Of a stretch of DNA of 64,000 nucleotides, positions 52,002 through 60,726 are shown piece by piece. A program made the position numbers and the translations under genes. Within the stretch, counting starts at the first letter, position 1. Every line of letters begins with the position of its first letter. The stretch comes from a virus: positions 1,828 to 65,827 of IMG/VR virus record IMGVR_UViG_2974684452_000001; one strand, 5' to 3'. The notes under the pieces were generated by a model, which was not told where the DNA came from, did not search any database, and saw nothing but the letters and a program-made list of their open reading frames with translations.

Positions 52002-52636
52002 AGGCCGTCCCTCCGGTACCGCACCTCGTCGTCGGCGGCGATCTCACCGGTCACGACGTCGGTCGGTTCACCGGCAGCGGCCCGGTCGCGGTCGAGCCAC
52101 GCCTCGTAGGCCTGCTCGCCGACCAGCCCGCTGTCCACCACGGCGTTCATGGCGTCGGCCAGATCGTCGCGGTACAGGTGCGTCTCGAAGGCCTTGGCGA
52201 CGTCGAACAGCGGGTCGAGGAACGGACCTTCGCCGTTGCGCGGCAGCACCCACCCGATCGCGTTGTCGCCCTTGAACAGCTGCACGGCGGCGTCGAGCGC
52301 GGCGACACGCACATAGCTGCCACCGGTTTCGAGCGTCTGCACCTGCACCGGCGCTTCGCTGGCGTTGACCTCGCCCCAGCGGATCACCGTGGCCGGGAAG
52401 CGGACGTCGGCCTGCTCGATCGACATCGGATCCCAGCCGCCGGGGCTGATCCAGACGGTCGGGCCGGGGCACCGGGGGTCGGTGCACAACCCGAGCACGT
52501 CGCAGTCGGGGTGCTCGACGCGCACGAAAGCGACAGCCTCACTGGTCGGGTCGCCGTTGATGCGCAGCCAGCTGATGATCGTGCCGTCGGGCACCTCGGC
52601 CAGCTGCTGCGGCGTGGCGATGAAGGCGGCGGTCAC
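51998..52636 (-). CDS. Hypothetical protein
   Basis: GTG start overlapping the upstream stop (MTAAFIATPQQL...). Confidence 0.6.
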   Translation of the reverse strand: MTAAFIATPQQLAEVPDGTIISWLRINGDPTSEAVAFVRVEHPDCDVLGLCTDPRCPGPTVWISPGGWDPMSIEQADVRFPATVIRWGEVNASEAPVQVQTLETGGSYVRVAALDAAVQLFKGDNAIGWVLPRNGEGPFLDPLFDVAKAFETHLYRDDLADAMNAVVDSGLVGEQAYEAWLDRDRAAAGEPTDVVTGEIAADDEVRYRRDGL

Positions 52637-53115
52637 CGGCGTGCCCCGTTCCGCTCGGTCGCGACGGCCAGTTCGTAGGCGCGCAGCGCGTCGGCGACGG
52701 GGCGCGGCAGCTGGGAGCGGTCGATGCCCTCGCTGTTGCCGCGAAACCCCCAGGTGCGCCAGGTGTGGTGGCGGCGCTGCTTGTCGCTGACCCCGCCCGA
52801 CTTGAGGCGCTGGTTGCCGGAGAGGTACACCTCGTCCAGCGCGCCGTCGACCCACTTTGCCTGCAGCCACTCGGGCCGGAAGCTGATCGTGGCGCTGTAG
52901 TCGGCGAGCACGTCTTCGACGGTCTCGGGGGTGATGCCGAAGTAGGCGGTGTGCTTGATGTTGACCTCCGGCTCGCCGGTCGGCGTGCGCTCAGTCATCT
53001 TGGTCGTGACCGATCTCAGCCAGTCGATGTCGCGGGTGTCGGTAACGGGTTCGAGATCGACCGGAGCGTCAGCAGCGGCGCTGCCGATGTCGGTCGGGTT
53101 GTCGATGTCGGGCAC
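52633..53115 (-). CDS. Hypothetical protein
   Basis: GAGGAG RBS. Confidence 0.65.
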   Translation of the reverse strand: MPDIDNPTDIGSAAADAPVDLEPVTDTRDIDWLRSVTTKMTERTPTGEPEVNIKHTAYFGITPETVEDVLADYSATISFRPEWLQAKWVDGALDEVYLSGNQRLKSGGVSDKQRRHHTWRTWGFRGNSEGIDRSQLPRPVADALRAYELAVATERNGARR

Positions 53116-53205
53116 TGGTGCTCCTCGGGGTGGTTGGGTGGGGTGGCGGGGTCGGCTGGGTGCTCAACCGACCCCGCCCCGGCGGTGGCAGGAACCGCCG
53201 GTTGC

Positions 53206-53532
53206 TTAGTGGGTCTCCTGGTTGTCGAGACCGTGGAAGTCGTAGAACGCCTGCTTGATCTCGGTGACGTCGCTGTAGTCGGCAGGCGGGTCGAAGCAGA
53301 TCGACTCGCCCTCCTCGAACGACTCCTCGCGCTCCGCGCCGAGGCCGTAGGTGATCGACGTGCGCCCCTGCATGTGGCTGATCTGGCGCAACTCCGCCGT
53401 GGTCACCGTGCCGATCTCGCGGGCGGCGTCCCACTGGTAGAAGCGCACGACGCGCCCGATGTCGTCGCCGCTGATCGTCTGCACGGCCTTGAGCGTGTGC
53501 CGCCGGGCGGGCGGCAGCGAACGGGTCGCCAT
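53206..53532 (-). CDS. Hypothetical protein
   Basis: TGATG overlap with the upstream gene. Confidence 0.6.
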   Translation of the reverse strand: MATRSLPPARRHTLKAVQTISGDDIGRVVRFYQWDAAREIGTVTTAELRQISHMQGRTSITYGLGAEREESFEEGESICFDPPADYSDVTEIKQAFYDFHGLDNQETH

Positions 53533-53777
53533 CACAGCGCCTCGGGGTGCCCCGGCGGCGGGCCGTCGGGGGTGTCGTCGCCCGGCTTGTCGTGACCGAT
53601 GCGGATACCGCCCAGGTGCACCGCGCCGAGCACGTCGCCGTTCATCTCGACGGTGAAGCACAGCGGGGTGATCTGCTCGGCGCGGCCCAGCCGCCGCCCG
53701 TCGGAGCGCCCGACGCCCTTGCCCACCAGGTACGCCACGGCGTACCCGGCCAGCGTCAGCAGCGTTGCCCAGTCCAT
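53532..53777 (-). CDS. Small membrane-anchored protein
   Basis: MDWATLLTLAGYAVAYLVG N-terminal helix. Confidence 0.55.
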   Translation of the reverse strand: MDWATLLTLAGYAVAYLVGKGVGRSDGRRLGRAEQITPLCFTVEMNGDVLGAVHLGGIRIGHDKPGDDTPDGPPPGHPEAL

Positions 53778-54139
53778 CAGAGCACTCCTCCCAGGGCCAT
53801 GCTGCGGCCCACGATCGTCATCATGTCGTCGGGTTCGATGTCGACCCGGTTGTTGACCGCCTCGACGTACTTGCGCGCCCAGTCGGGGTCGGGCGGGGTC
53901 GCCCAGATCGGCACGTAGCCTGCTTCGGTCTCGTTGACCAGCATGATGCCGCTCAACTCGTCGTAGTACAGGCAGGTGCGCGCGGCGGGGTTGTCGTTGA
54001 CGCGGGCCAGCGTGAAGGCCTCGATCGTGCCGCACCGCTCGCAGATCGAGTCGTTGACGTACCGGCTCAGCGCGTTGCGCACGTCGTTGGCCCAGAGCGG
54101 CTTGGTGCACAGCGGGCAGACCCGCGTCGGGTGCGTCAT
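53777..54139 (-). CDS. Zinc-finger-like hypothetical protein
   Basis: CPLC...NALSRY...ICERCG. Confidence 0.6.
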   Translation of the reverse strand: MTHPTRVCPLCTKPLWANDVRNALSRYVNDSICERCGTIEAFTLARVNDNPAARTCLYYDELSGIMLVNETEAGYVPIWATPPDPDWARKYVEAVNNRVDIEPDDMMTIVGRSMALGGVL

Positions 54140-54465
54140 CGCGCGCCGCCCAGGTGGACGAAGCGGGGGTTGACCGGCGCGGTGTCGCACGACAGCAGCA
54201 CCCCGAAGATCGGCTCCGGCGAGCACGTCGTGACCGTCGGCCACGGCTGAGCCAGTCGCCCTGCGGCGTACAGGCCGGGCGCGACGCCCTGGCTGTTGGT
54301 CGGCCCGCACACCAGGTCGCCCATCGTGCGGCAGTCCCAGCGTGGATCGTCCTCTTGGATCACGTCGGCCTTCGCCGTCGCGACGTTGGCGACGACACCG
54401 GCGATCGCCAGGCCCGGCCCGAGCAGCAGCGCGGCGACGAGTCGGCGGGTGGTGGGGTTGAGCAT
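54136..54465 (-). CDS. Secreted protein with signal peptide
   Basis: MLNPTTRRLVAALLLGPGLAIAG...AKA; EDDPRWDCRTMGDLVCG. Confidence 0.6.
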   Translation of the reverse strand: MLNPTTRRLVAALLLGPGLAIAGVVANVATAKADVIQEDDPRWDCRTMGDLVCGPTNSQGVAPGLYAAGRLAQPWPTVTTCSPEPIFGVLLSCDTAPVNPRFVHLGGAR

Positions 54466-54574
54466 CGTGGTCTCCTCACGGCCCGGCGGGTCCATCCCGC
54501 ATCGGGTCTAAACGGTTATACCCGACGGCGACACGCGCCGTCTACCGGTCGGCGATACCGGCACAGCCGCTGCT

Positions 54575-54928
54575 TTACCGCCCTAGTCGGGATTGTCCGG
54601 TACGCGCCCACCGCTGCCCGCGCTGCGCCTGGTACAGCATGACGATCGCGCGGCTCAGGTGGGCCGGTAGCAAACTCATCACGATGCCGAACTCGCTGCG
54701 CTGATCCCAGCCGCCCAGCGGGCCTGCCGGTCTGCCGGTCGGGCGCGCCATCAGTTCCTCGACCATCGCGCAGAACGGGCCGAAGTCGTTGGCGCTCTGG
54801 GGTCGCGCCGCCGCGTACCCGAGGGCGAACGCCAGCGCGGCGGTCGGTGCCTCCGACAGGGGCGTGTCGTGCGGGCCGAAGCCGTCAGTGCGAGTGGCGG
54901 GGAGGTTGTCTTGCGGGGTGTCGGTCAT
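54575..54928 (-). CDS. Hypothetical protein
   Basis: ATG 6 nt after TAGTCT on the minus strand. Confidence 0.6.
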   Translation of the reverse strand: MTDTPQDNLPATRTDGFGPHDTPLSEAPTAALAFALGYAAARPQSANDFGPFCAMVEELMARPTGRPAGPLGGWDQRSEFGIVMSLLPAHLSRAIVMLYQAQRGQRWARTGQSRLGR

Positions 54929-55231
54929 CGTGTCAGACTAGCCCATCACTATCCCGACGCCGGTGGGAAATTGTTTGCCCTCACGCGCGCACGCGCGCCA
55001 TCTAACCGTCTGACCCCCACGTTCGTCTACTAAGAAAACTTCTTAGAAACCCTCCCCTGTCCGTCGCTAGAACTGTGGGTAAGCTAGCCGCTCAGACGCG
55101 GCTTAGCACCCACAGGTTCTGCGCTCCGCGACCCCGAGACTGGAATTGGACCCCGCCGTCGGCGAGGCCTACGGGTCGCCTCTCGCGTACTCACGCTCGA
55201 AGCCCCAGGGGCGATGCCGATGTCGCGGGTA

Positions 55232-55260
55232 TAGACGGTTATACCGATCGCGGGTATGGT
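55232..55260 (+). promoter_or_regulatory. SigA-like promoter TAGACG-17-TATGGT, 8 nt before ATG 55269
   Basis: Read directly. Confidence 0.65.
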
Positions 55261-55268
55261 CGACCCCC

Positions 55269-56045
55269 ATGACCACGACGACACGACGGGCGAAGACCCG
55301 CACTGCGATGAATGCGACCCGACCGGGCCAGACCCCCAAGGGCGCTCGCCCCGAGACCCTGGATGAGTTCTCGGCGGCGTTGGACGACCACCTCAATGCC
55401 GACGTCGGGTTCGCCGACGCCGTGCGCGATCTGTGGGTGACCCGGCAGCGTCTCGCCAACCTGGAATCGGCACGGCGCGAGACCTTTGAGCACGTCAAGA
55501 CCGCTTTCCACACCGGCACCCGCGTCGTGGGCGAGTTCGAGCTTCGCGAGACGGCGCGGCGTGAGCCGGAGGTCTACCGCGCGGTGGAGGCGGCGGTGGT
55601 CAAGAAGCACGCCCCGGCTGCGTATGCGGCGGCGCGGACGCTGGTGAGCCGCGTGTCGGTGTCCGCGCCCAGGGGCAGTGCTGATCTGGTGCCGCGCGAC
55701 CGGGTGCCGAAGCTGCCGAAGACGGTGACGGCGGAGGCGGCGGTGCGCGCGTACAAGAGCGACCTGTTTTCGCTGATCAAGCTGCTCAAGTCGGAGGAGG
55801 TCGACCTGCTCGGGCGGTTGGAGAAGATCGCGGCGGAGGCGGGTTGGGACGGCACCGAGCAGGTGTTCGCCGACGGGTGGAAGGCGGCGCTCAAGCGCGA
55901 GCAGTTCAGCGGTGAGCGGCTGCGCGAGATCGACCCTGACCTGTGGGATCGCCTCGCCGTGACCAAGGTGCGGGAGCAGCAGCCGCGCGTCTACCTCGCC
56001 AAGCGTGGTGAGGTCGATGAGGCTGTCGATCTGGACGCCGAGTAG
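55269..56045 (+). CDS. Hypothetical protein
   Basis: Start chosen from the promoter position; 258 aa. Confidence 0.7.
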   Translation: MTTTTRRAKTRTAMNATRPGQTPKGARPETLDEFSAALDDHLNADVGFADAVRDLWVTRQRLANLESARRETFEHVKTAFHTGTRVVGEFELRETARREPEVYRAVEAAVVKKHAPAAYAAARTLVSRVSVSAPRGSADLVPRDRVPKLPKTVTAEAAVRAYKSDLFSLIKLLKSEEVDLLGRLEKIAAEAGWDGTEQVFADGWKAALKREQFSGERLREIDPDLWDRLAVTKVREQQPRVYLAKRGEVDEAVDLDAE

Positions 56046-56102
56046 CAAACACCCGCGCATGTCGGGTGACAGCAGCGACAGGACGGTATAACCTTGCAAC
56101 CC

Positions 56103-56360
56103 ATGACCCCACAGAAGGCCATCGGCTCGCGCCGGGGCGCACGATTGTCGCCAGGACGGCGCGGTGTGCCGGTGCTGATCGGCATCAAAGGTGACGATCA
56201 CCTGCGGCAACGGCTCAAGGTGGCCGTTGCTGAGGACGGTCATCGCGGGTACGCCGAACTGCTCGACGCGCTGCTCGATGACCGCGAGGCGCGCCGGAAA
56301 CGGGCGCTCCGCAGTCAGCCCAGCCCGCTCCATCGACCGATCACGGAGACCCAGCTATGA
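56103..56360 (+). CDS. Ribbon-helix-helix-like DNA-binding protein
   Basis: VPVLIGIKGDDHLRQRLKVAVAEDGHRGYAELLDALLD (strand-helix-helix); GTGACA-17-TAACCT upstream. Confidence 0.55.
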   Translation: MTPQKAIGSRRGARLSPGRRGVPVLIGIKGDDHLRQRLKVAVAEDGHRGYAELLDALLDDREARRKRALRSQPSPLHRPITETQL

Positions 56361-56485
56361 CCCCGAGCGAGACCCTGGACAAGCTGATCGCTGCGTGGCT
56401 GCCGAAGGCGGAGGCGGGCGACCCCGACGCTGCGCACATCGTGCTCAAGGCCGTCGAGCACCACGCCCGTCTTCGAGGCCTGTGA
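56357..56485 (+). CDS. 42-aa peptide resembling a helix pair of the 57188 gene product
   Basis: ATGA overlap; GDPDAAHIVLKAVEHHARLRGL. Confidence 0.55.
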   Translation: MTPSETLDKLIAAWLPKAEAGDPDAAHIVLKAVEHHARLRGL

Positions 56486-56634
56486 TGGGCGCGCTCGGCA
56501 GCTGCACCTGCGGCGACCCGAACACCTGGTGGTGCGGCGTCCACGACCGCCCGACCGCGACCGAAACCCTCACCGGCACTGGCTGCGACGAGGTGCGCAG
56601 CCTGACCGGCGAAGTCAGGCCGGAGCCGGAGTGA
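56485..56634 (+). CDS. Small Cys-rich hypothetical protein
   Basis: TGATG overlap; CTCG...WWCGVH. Confidence 0.45.
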   Translation: MGALGSCTCGDPNTWWCGVHDRPTATETLTGTGCDEVRSLTGEVRPEPE

Positions 56635-56855
56635 TCGAGATCGGCACCGAGGTTGCCGAACTCACCGCCGAGCACGGTGACGGCACGATCTGGGCCGACG
56701 TGCAGGGCGACATCTGGATGCCCTCGCCGTTCGGCGTCTGGATGACGCTCGGTCGCCGCCCCTTCGTCATCGTCTCCCAGCTGGCGAACCCGACCCGCGA
56801 GTACGGCCCGTACCGGGCGGTGCTCGGCCCACCCACTCACCCCGACGTCACATGA
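56631..56855 (+). CDS. Hypothetical protein
   Basis: GTGA overlap. Confidence 0.55.
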   Translation: MIEIGTEVAELTAEHGDGTIWADVQGDIWMPSPFGVWMTLGRRPFVIVSQLANPTREYGPYRAVLGPPTHPDVT

Positions 56856-57184
56856 CCGCGAAGGAGGCGACGATGACGCTCGACGCCAGCGATCTGCGCC
56901 GCCTCGGAATCACCAGGGCGCGTGTCGATCGCGCGACCGCGTGCCACTACCGCGACTCCGGCCGCATCGTGATCGTGGCCGATCGGGGCGACTTCGCCGC
57001 TGCGCAGGAAGCCCTTGAGAAGCTGCGCGCGGTGGTCGACTCCGGCGAGTACCTGGGCTGCATGGACTGCGGGCACGCGGCCTGGTATCCCGAGATCGCC
57101 CCGGCGTGCACCTGCGGCGAGAGCGACACTGCCTGGATGGACTGCCCGGCGCACCCGCAGGCGTGCCGGGGCAGGGAGGATTGA
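56852..57184 (+). CDS. Hypothetical protein with Cys cluster
   Basis: CMDCG, CTCG and CPAH motifs. Confidence 0.6.
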   Translation: MTAKEATMTLDASDLRRLGITRARVDRATACHYRDSGRIVIVADRGDFAAAQEALEKLRAVVDSGEYLGCMDCGHAAWYPEIAPACTCGESDTAWMDCPAHPQACRGRED

Positions 57185-57187
57185 GCG

Positions 57188-57853
57188 ATGAGCGTCAGTG
57201 ACGAGGACATCAACTCGCTGCTCAACGAGGAACTGTTCGCGCGCCGGGTCAAGGCGCTGTTCCTGAGCAACGCCGGGGCGACCATCGCCAAGATCGCCGA
57301 GGAGTGCGGGGTGTCGACGGCGACCGTGCGCAAGGACTTGGAGATCGCCAAGCGCCAGTACCTCACCGAGACCCCCGACCAGCGCCGGGCCACGCAGATG
57401 AGCGTGATTCTCGACATGCGCAAGGCCAACTACCCGGCGATGATGCGCGGCGACGTCGATGCCGCCAACGTCATCCTGCGCGGTCTCAAGCAGGAGGCGA
57501 GCCTGTTCGGCCTGTTCCCCAAGGTGCTCGAAGTGCCCGGCATCGACACCGTCCAATTCGCCAACGAGGCTGCCGCACTCATCGAGCGCATCGCAGAGAT
57601 CGACCCCAACGGACTCAAGGAGATCACAGGTGGACAACCCCGACCGCCACTCGACGTCGACATCGTGGAAGATCGTGTCGTCCCTGCCGAAGTCGCTTCA
57701 CCTCGATCTGGTGCGGTCGATCCTGGGCCGGTCGACGCCTTCGGCGACCCCGCGCCCGAACCCGCTGATCAACACGGCACCGCCCCTGCCGGAGACGATC
57801 GCGGCGCGGGCGGTGACGACGGCGGAGACGACTGGTCCAACGTCGGCGATTGA
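57188..57853 (+). CDS. HTH protein, terminase small subunit candidate
   Basis: GATIAKIAEECGVSTATVRKDL HTH followed by GDVDAANVILRGLKQEASLFGL, typical of TerS oligomerisation helices. Confidence 0.55.
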   Translation: MSVSDEDINSLLNEELFARRVKALFLSNAGATIAKIAEECGVSTATVRKDLEIAKRQYLTETPDQRRATQMSVILDMRKANYPAMMRGDVDAANVILRGLKQEASLFGLFPKVLEVPGIDTVQFANEAAALIERIAEIDPNGLKEITGGQPRPPLDVDIVEDRVVPAEVASPRSGAVDPGPVDAFGDPAPEPADQHGTAPAGDDRGAGGDDGGDDWSNVGD

Positions 57854-58433
57854 CGAGCCGTCGATCTCGCACACCAGCGAACTGGTCGAGCGTCACCGCA
57901 TCACGATCCCCGAAGGCGCGGTGGGCGACCCGGTGGCCGTGGCCCGGCTCCACGCCGAGGCCTATGCTCGGGCGCGCGGCTTCGAGCTTCGGCCCGGCAG
58001 CCTGCAGGTGCTCATGCGCAACAGCACCTCGCCGTTCCGCGAGCCGACGTTCATGGGTGTGGCGTTCGACGTCGTGGTCGGCAAGGGCGATCTGCACCTG
58101 GACCAGCGCACCCCCGGTAAGCTCGACCGGTGGCGGTGGAGCGGTGGCGCTTTCGACTGGTGGCGCGACATCTTCAACCGGGCCGACGGGCGCGAGGGTC
58201 GGCTGCTGACGCTGGTGGACGACAACGGTCGGCGTCGCCAGGGGCGCATCACCGGCATTCGCCCCGGCCCGATCCCCGGCACGGCCAGCCTGGAAGGTGA
58301 GTTCACCGACGGCCTGTCTCCCAACGGCTTCGCTGGCTTCGGCAACCCCAAGTCGCTCGGTGACCCGACCCGCGAGCCGGGCACCTGGGCCGGGCCTGAC
58401 GCCCTGCGCGGCGAAGGCCTGGACCCGCTGTGA
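57813..58433 (+). CDS. Hypothetical protein (start uncertain)
   Basis: GC3-rich 3' part of the listed 57459 ORF. Confidence 0.55.
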   Translation: MTTAETTGPTSAIDEPSISHTSELVERHRITIPEGAVGDPVAVARLHAEAYARARGFELRPGSLQVLMRNSTSPFREPTFMGVAFDVVVGKGDLHLDQRTPGKLDRWRWSGGAFDWWRDIFNRADGREGRLLTLVDDNGRRRQGRITGIRPGPIPGTASLEGEFTDGLSPNGFAGFGNPKSLGDPTREPGTWAGPDALRGEGLDPL

Positions 58434-58909
58434 GCGGCACTCCCAGCCCGGCGGAGGGCGGCGCGCTCGGACCCGGCGAGGTTGAGCAGCTGGACTGGCT
58501 GCGCAACAGCGACAGCGTGCGGCTCATGGACATCGGCGTGATTGCCGAGGTGCTGCGCGAGAACGACATCTGCACGGCTGGTGGCGCTTACGTCGACCCG
58601 ATCGACCTCGCCAAGGCGATCATCACCTCCCAGACCGAAGCGGGCCTGGGCACGTTCGTGCTCGCTGACCTGCGCACTCACATCAAGACGATCGTGGACC
58701 GGGCGCGCGGTCGCTCGGCGCAGCGACCCAACGTGCCGACCCCCGAGGCCGGGAAGGTCTGGCGCTACACGTCGCCCGCCGACGGCCTGCGGGCGCTGGT
58801 GCGGTGGCACGAAGGCCGTTGGGAGACTGCCGACGTCACCGGCGGTACCTGGTGGCCGGACGACGCGGTGTGCGAGTGGCCGGGGGAGTTCGTGCTCGTC
58901 GGTGGGTAA
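58430..58909 (+). CDS. Hypothetical protein
   Basis: GTGA overlap. Confidence 0.6.
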   Translation: MSGTPSPAEGGALGPGEVEQLDWLRNSDSVRLMDIGVIAEVLRENDICTAGGAYVDPIDLAKAIITSQTEAGLGTFVLADLRTHIKTIVDRARGRSAQRPNVPTPEAGKVWRYTSPADGLRALVRWHEGRWETADVTGGTWWPDDAVCEWPGEFVLVGG

Positions 58910-58928
58910 TTGAGCTAGCCTGTGGCTC

Positions 58929-59156
58929 ATGGCCTCGATCACCGAACCCGAGCTTGACCGCCGGTTCGACCTGCACACCCCGACCGACCCCACGACCAAC
59001 GCCACCCTCGACAGCCTGCGGGCGCAGTTCAAGTCGCTGGCGCGCACGGTGATCCTGGCGACCGGGGCGAACCCCCGCGAGCAGGCCGTCGCGATCAAGT
59101 GCCTCGAAGACGGCCTGTCGGCGACGATCGCGGCTGTGGTGCGCCCGCCTGCCTGA
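58929..59156 (+). CDS. Acb2/Tad1-like helical hairpin protein (putative nucleotide-signal sponge)
   Basis: RRFDLHTP...LRAQFKSLA...PREQAVAIKCLEDG...AAVVR pattern; own TAGCCT box 7 nt upstream. Confidence 0.55.
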   Translation: MASITEPELDRRFDLHTPTDPTTNATLDSLRAQFKSLARTVILATGANPREQAVAIKCLEDGLSATIAAVVRPPA

Positions 59157-59689
59157 TGACCCCGCCGACCCCGCCCGACTGGCAGCCTGACGCGTTGCTC
59201 GTACCCGCCCTGCTGGCCGGGTCGCCGACGCGCATGGACGACCTGTGCGGAGCCGACCGGGCCTGGGCGGTGGTGGTGATGACCGACGACGAAGGCCTCA
59301 CCGCCGACGAGATCGCCGACCGCCTCGATTGCTCACTGCGACTGGTGCGTACGGTGCTCGCCGGGCCGGAGGTCGTGCTGACCCGGCTCTACCGCGCCGA
59401 GGTCGAGGCCTTCGAGCGCACCCTGGACATGACCGGCGGTGAGGTGCAGCGGCTGGCGACGGCGCTGGGCGAGACCGAAGCCGATCGCGACCGCATCCAG
59501 CACCAGCGCGATCGCCTGCTGCAGAGCGCACTCGCTGAGCGCGAGGGCCAGACCTTCCGCTGCGGCTGCCCCATGACCCGCTACAACACCTACGTCTCCC
59601 CTCGCGGCAAGCGAGGGTGTCGCAAGCACCGCGCCGAGGCGGTCGCCCGGCATCGCGCCCGCATGGTTGGCTCCCAGCCGGGAGGGTAA
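59156..59689 (+). CDS. HTH plus C-terminal Cys-cluster protein
   Basis: GLTADEIADRLDCSLRLV; CGCPMTRYNTYVSPRGKRGCRKH. Confidence 0.65.
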   Translation: MTPPTPPDWQPDALLVPALLAGSPTRMDDLCGADRAWAVVVMTDDEGLTADEIADRLDCSLRLVRTVLAGPEVVLTRLYRAEVEAFERTLDMTGGEVQRLATALGETEADRDRIQHQRDRLLQSALAEREGQTFRCGCPMTRYNTYVSPRGKRGCRKHRAEAVARHRARMVGSQPGG

Positions 59690-59698
59690 CCTCGGGGC

Positions 59699-59992
59699 AT
59701 GGCTGGCTCGCGCGGCACTCGCTCAGGCCTCCGGCGTGGCCGGGCCAAGGTCGCCCGCAAGGGCACCGGCGGTCCACGGCTGCACTCGGGCACCGGCAAC
59801 GTCGGCCAGTTCGCCAGCGGCAGTGGTCGCGGCGGGGGCGGCGGTTACCGAGGGTTCAAGTCGAAGAAGCAGTGGCGCTGGGCCTGGGCGAACAAGAAGA
59901 CCTGGGCGCGCAAGAAGGCCCATGAGACCAAGGGCGGCTACAAGTCGCTGCCCGCGTCAAAGCACTCCGGCCACAAGGGCAGCCGCACCTAG
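59699..59992 (+). CDS. Highly basic Gly/Lys/Arg-rich protein
   Basis: 97 aa with a single acidic residue; ATG 6 nt after TAACCT. Confidence 0.7.
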   Translation: MAGSRGTRSGLRRGRAKVARKGTGGPRLHSGTGNVGQFASGSGRGGGGGYRGFKSKKQWRWAWANKKTWARKKAHETKGGYKSLPASKHSGHKGSRT

Positions 59993-60421
59993 CGGCGGTG
60001 ACCCGACCGGCGTCGACACCTCATCCCACGGCCCGATCCAGACGCACCCGTAGACGTGCTCGGCGAGGTAGTGCCGCCCGCACCCCCGGCAGTGGTCGGT
60101 CGCGTCGTAGGGGTCCGCGCCGGGAGCGCCGACGTCGCCCGCTCGCAACTCAGCAGTGCGCCGCGCACCCTGGCGGCAGCTGCACGTCGAGCAGTGCGGC
60201 CTGATGTTGCCTCGGGTGTAGCGCCCGCCGTGCTCGCCGGGCACGATCCGATCGCAGATGATCGTGTCATCGTTGACCATCGCCCCGCACTCCCAGCACG
60301 GCACCTTGAGGCCGTCGCCGCCGAACCCGGCAGCCGCACTGAGCAGCCAGGCCCGGCGCGCCCGCCGGTCGTAGCTTGAGCCGCGCTCGTTGCTGTTGCA
60401 TCGTCCAGCGCGGCTGCTCAT
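59957..60421 (-). CDS. HNH endonuclease
   Basis: CWECG...DRIVPGEHGGRYTRGNIRPHCSTC. Confidence 0.8.
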   Translation of the reverse strand: MSSRAGRCNSNERGSSYDRRARRAWLLSAAAGFGGDGLKVPCWECGAMVNDDTIICDRIVPGEHGGRYTRGNIRPHCSTCSCRQGARRTAELRAGDVGAPGADPYDATDHCRGCGRHYLAEHVYGCVWIGPWDEVSTPVGSPPLGAAALVAGVL

Positions 60422-60726
60422 GGGCACTCCGTACCGGGGCGGTGAACCAGCCAGCACGACTGGCAGACCCGCTCGCCGGGCTGCACCTCGATCTCGCGTA
60501 GCTCGATCACCTCAGCGGTGCCCGGCCCGCGCTTCGTCCACTGCCCGATCGGGTCAGCTGCCTCATACATCGACACTCCCGTTCTCGGGGTCCAGCGCCC
60601 CGCCTTCTGGTCTTCCTCGGCCAGCGTCATGCACGCCGGGCAGTCACGGTCGTAGTCGCCGCCCTGGTGGTGCCACATGCTGCAGCCGTCGATGTGCTCG
60701 GCGTCGGGGGTCGCGTGCGTGCTCAT
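60418..60726 (-). CDS. Hypothetical Cys/His-rich protein
   Basis: ATGA overlaps. Confidence 0.55.
   Translation of the reverse strand: MSTHATPDAEHIDGCSMWHHQGGDYDRDCPACMTLAEEDQKAGRWTPRTGVSMYEAADPIGQWTKRGPGTAEVIELREIEVQPGERVCQSCWLVHRPGTECP

Noticed and set aside
59957-60421. HNH as a mobile homing element
   Set aside because: Not inside an intron or a conserved gene; small stand-alone HNH genes are usual packaging accessories.
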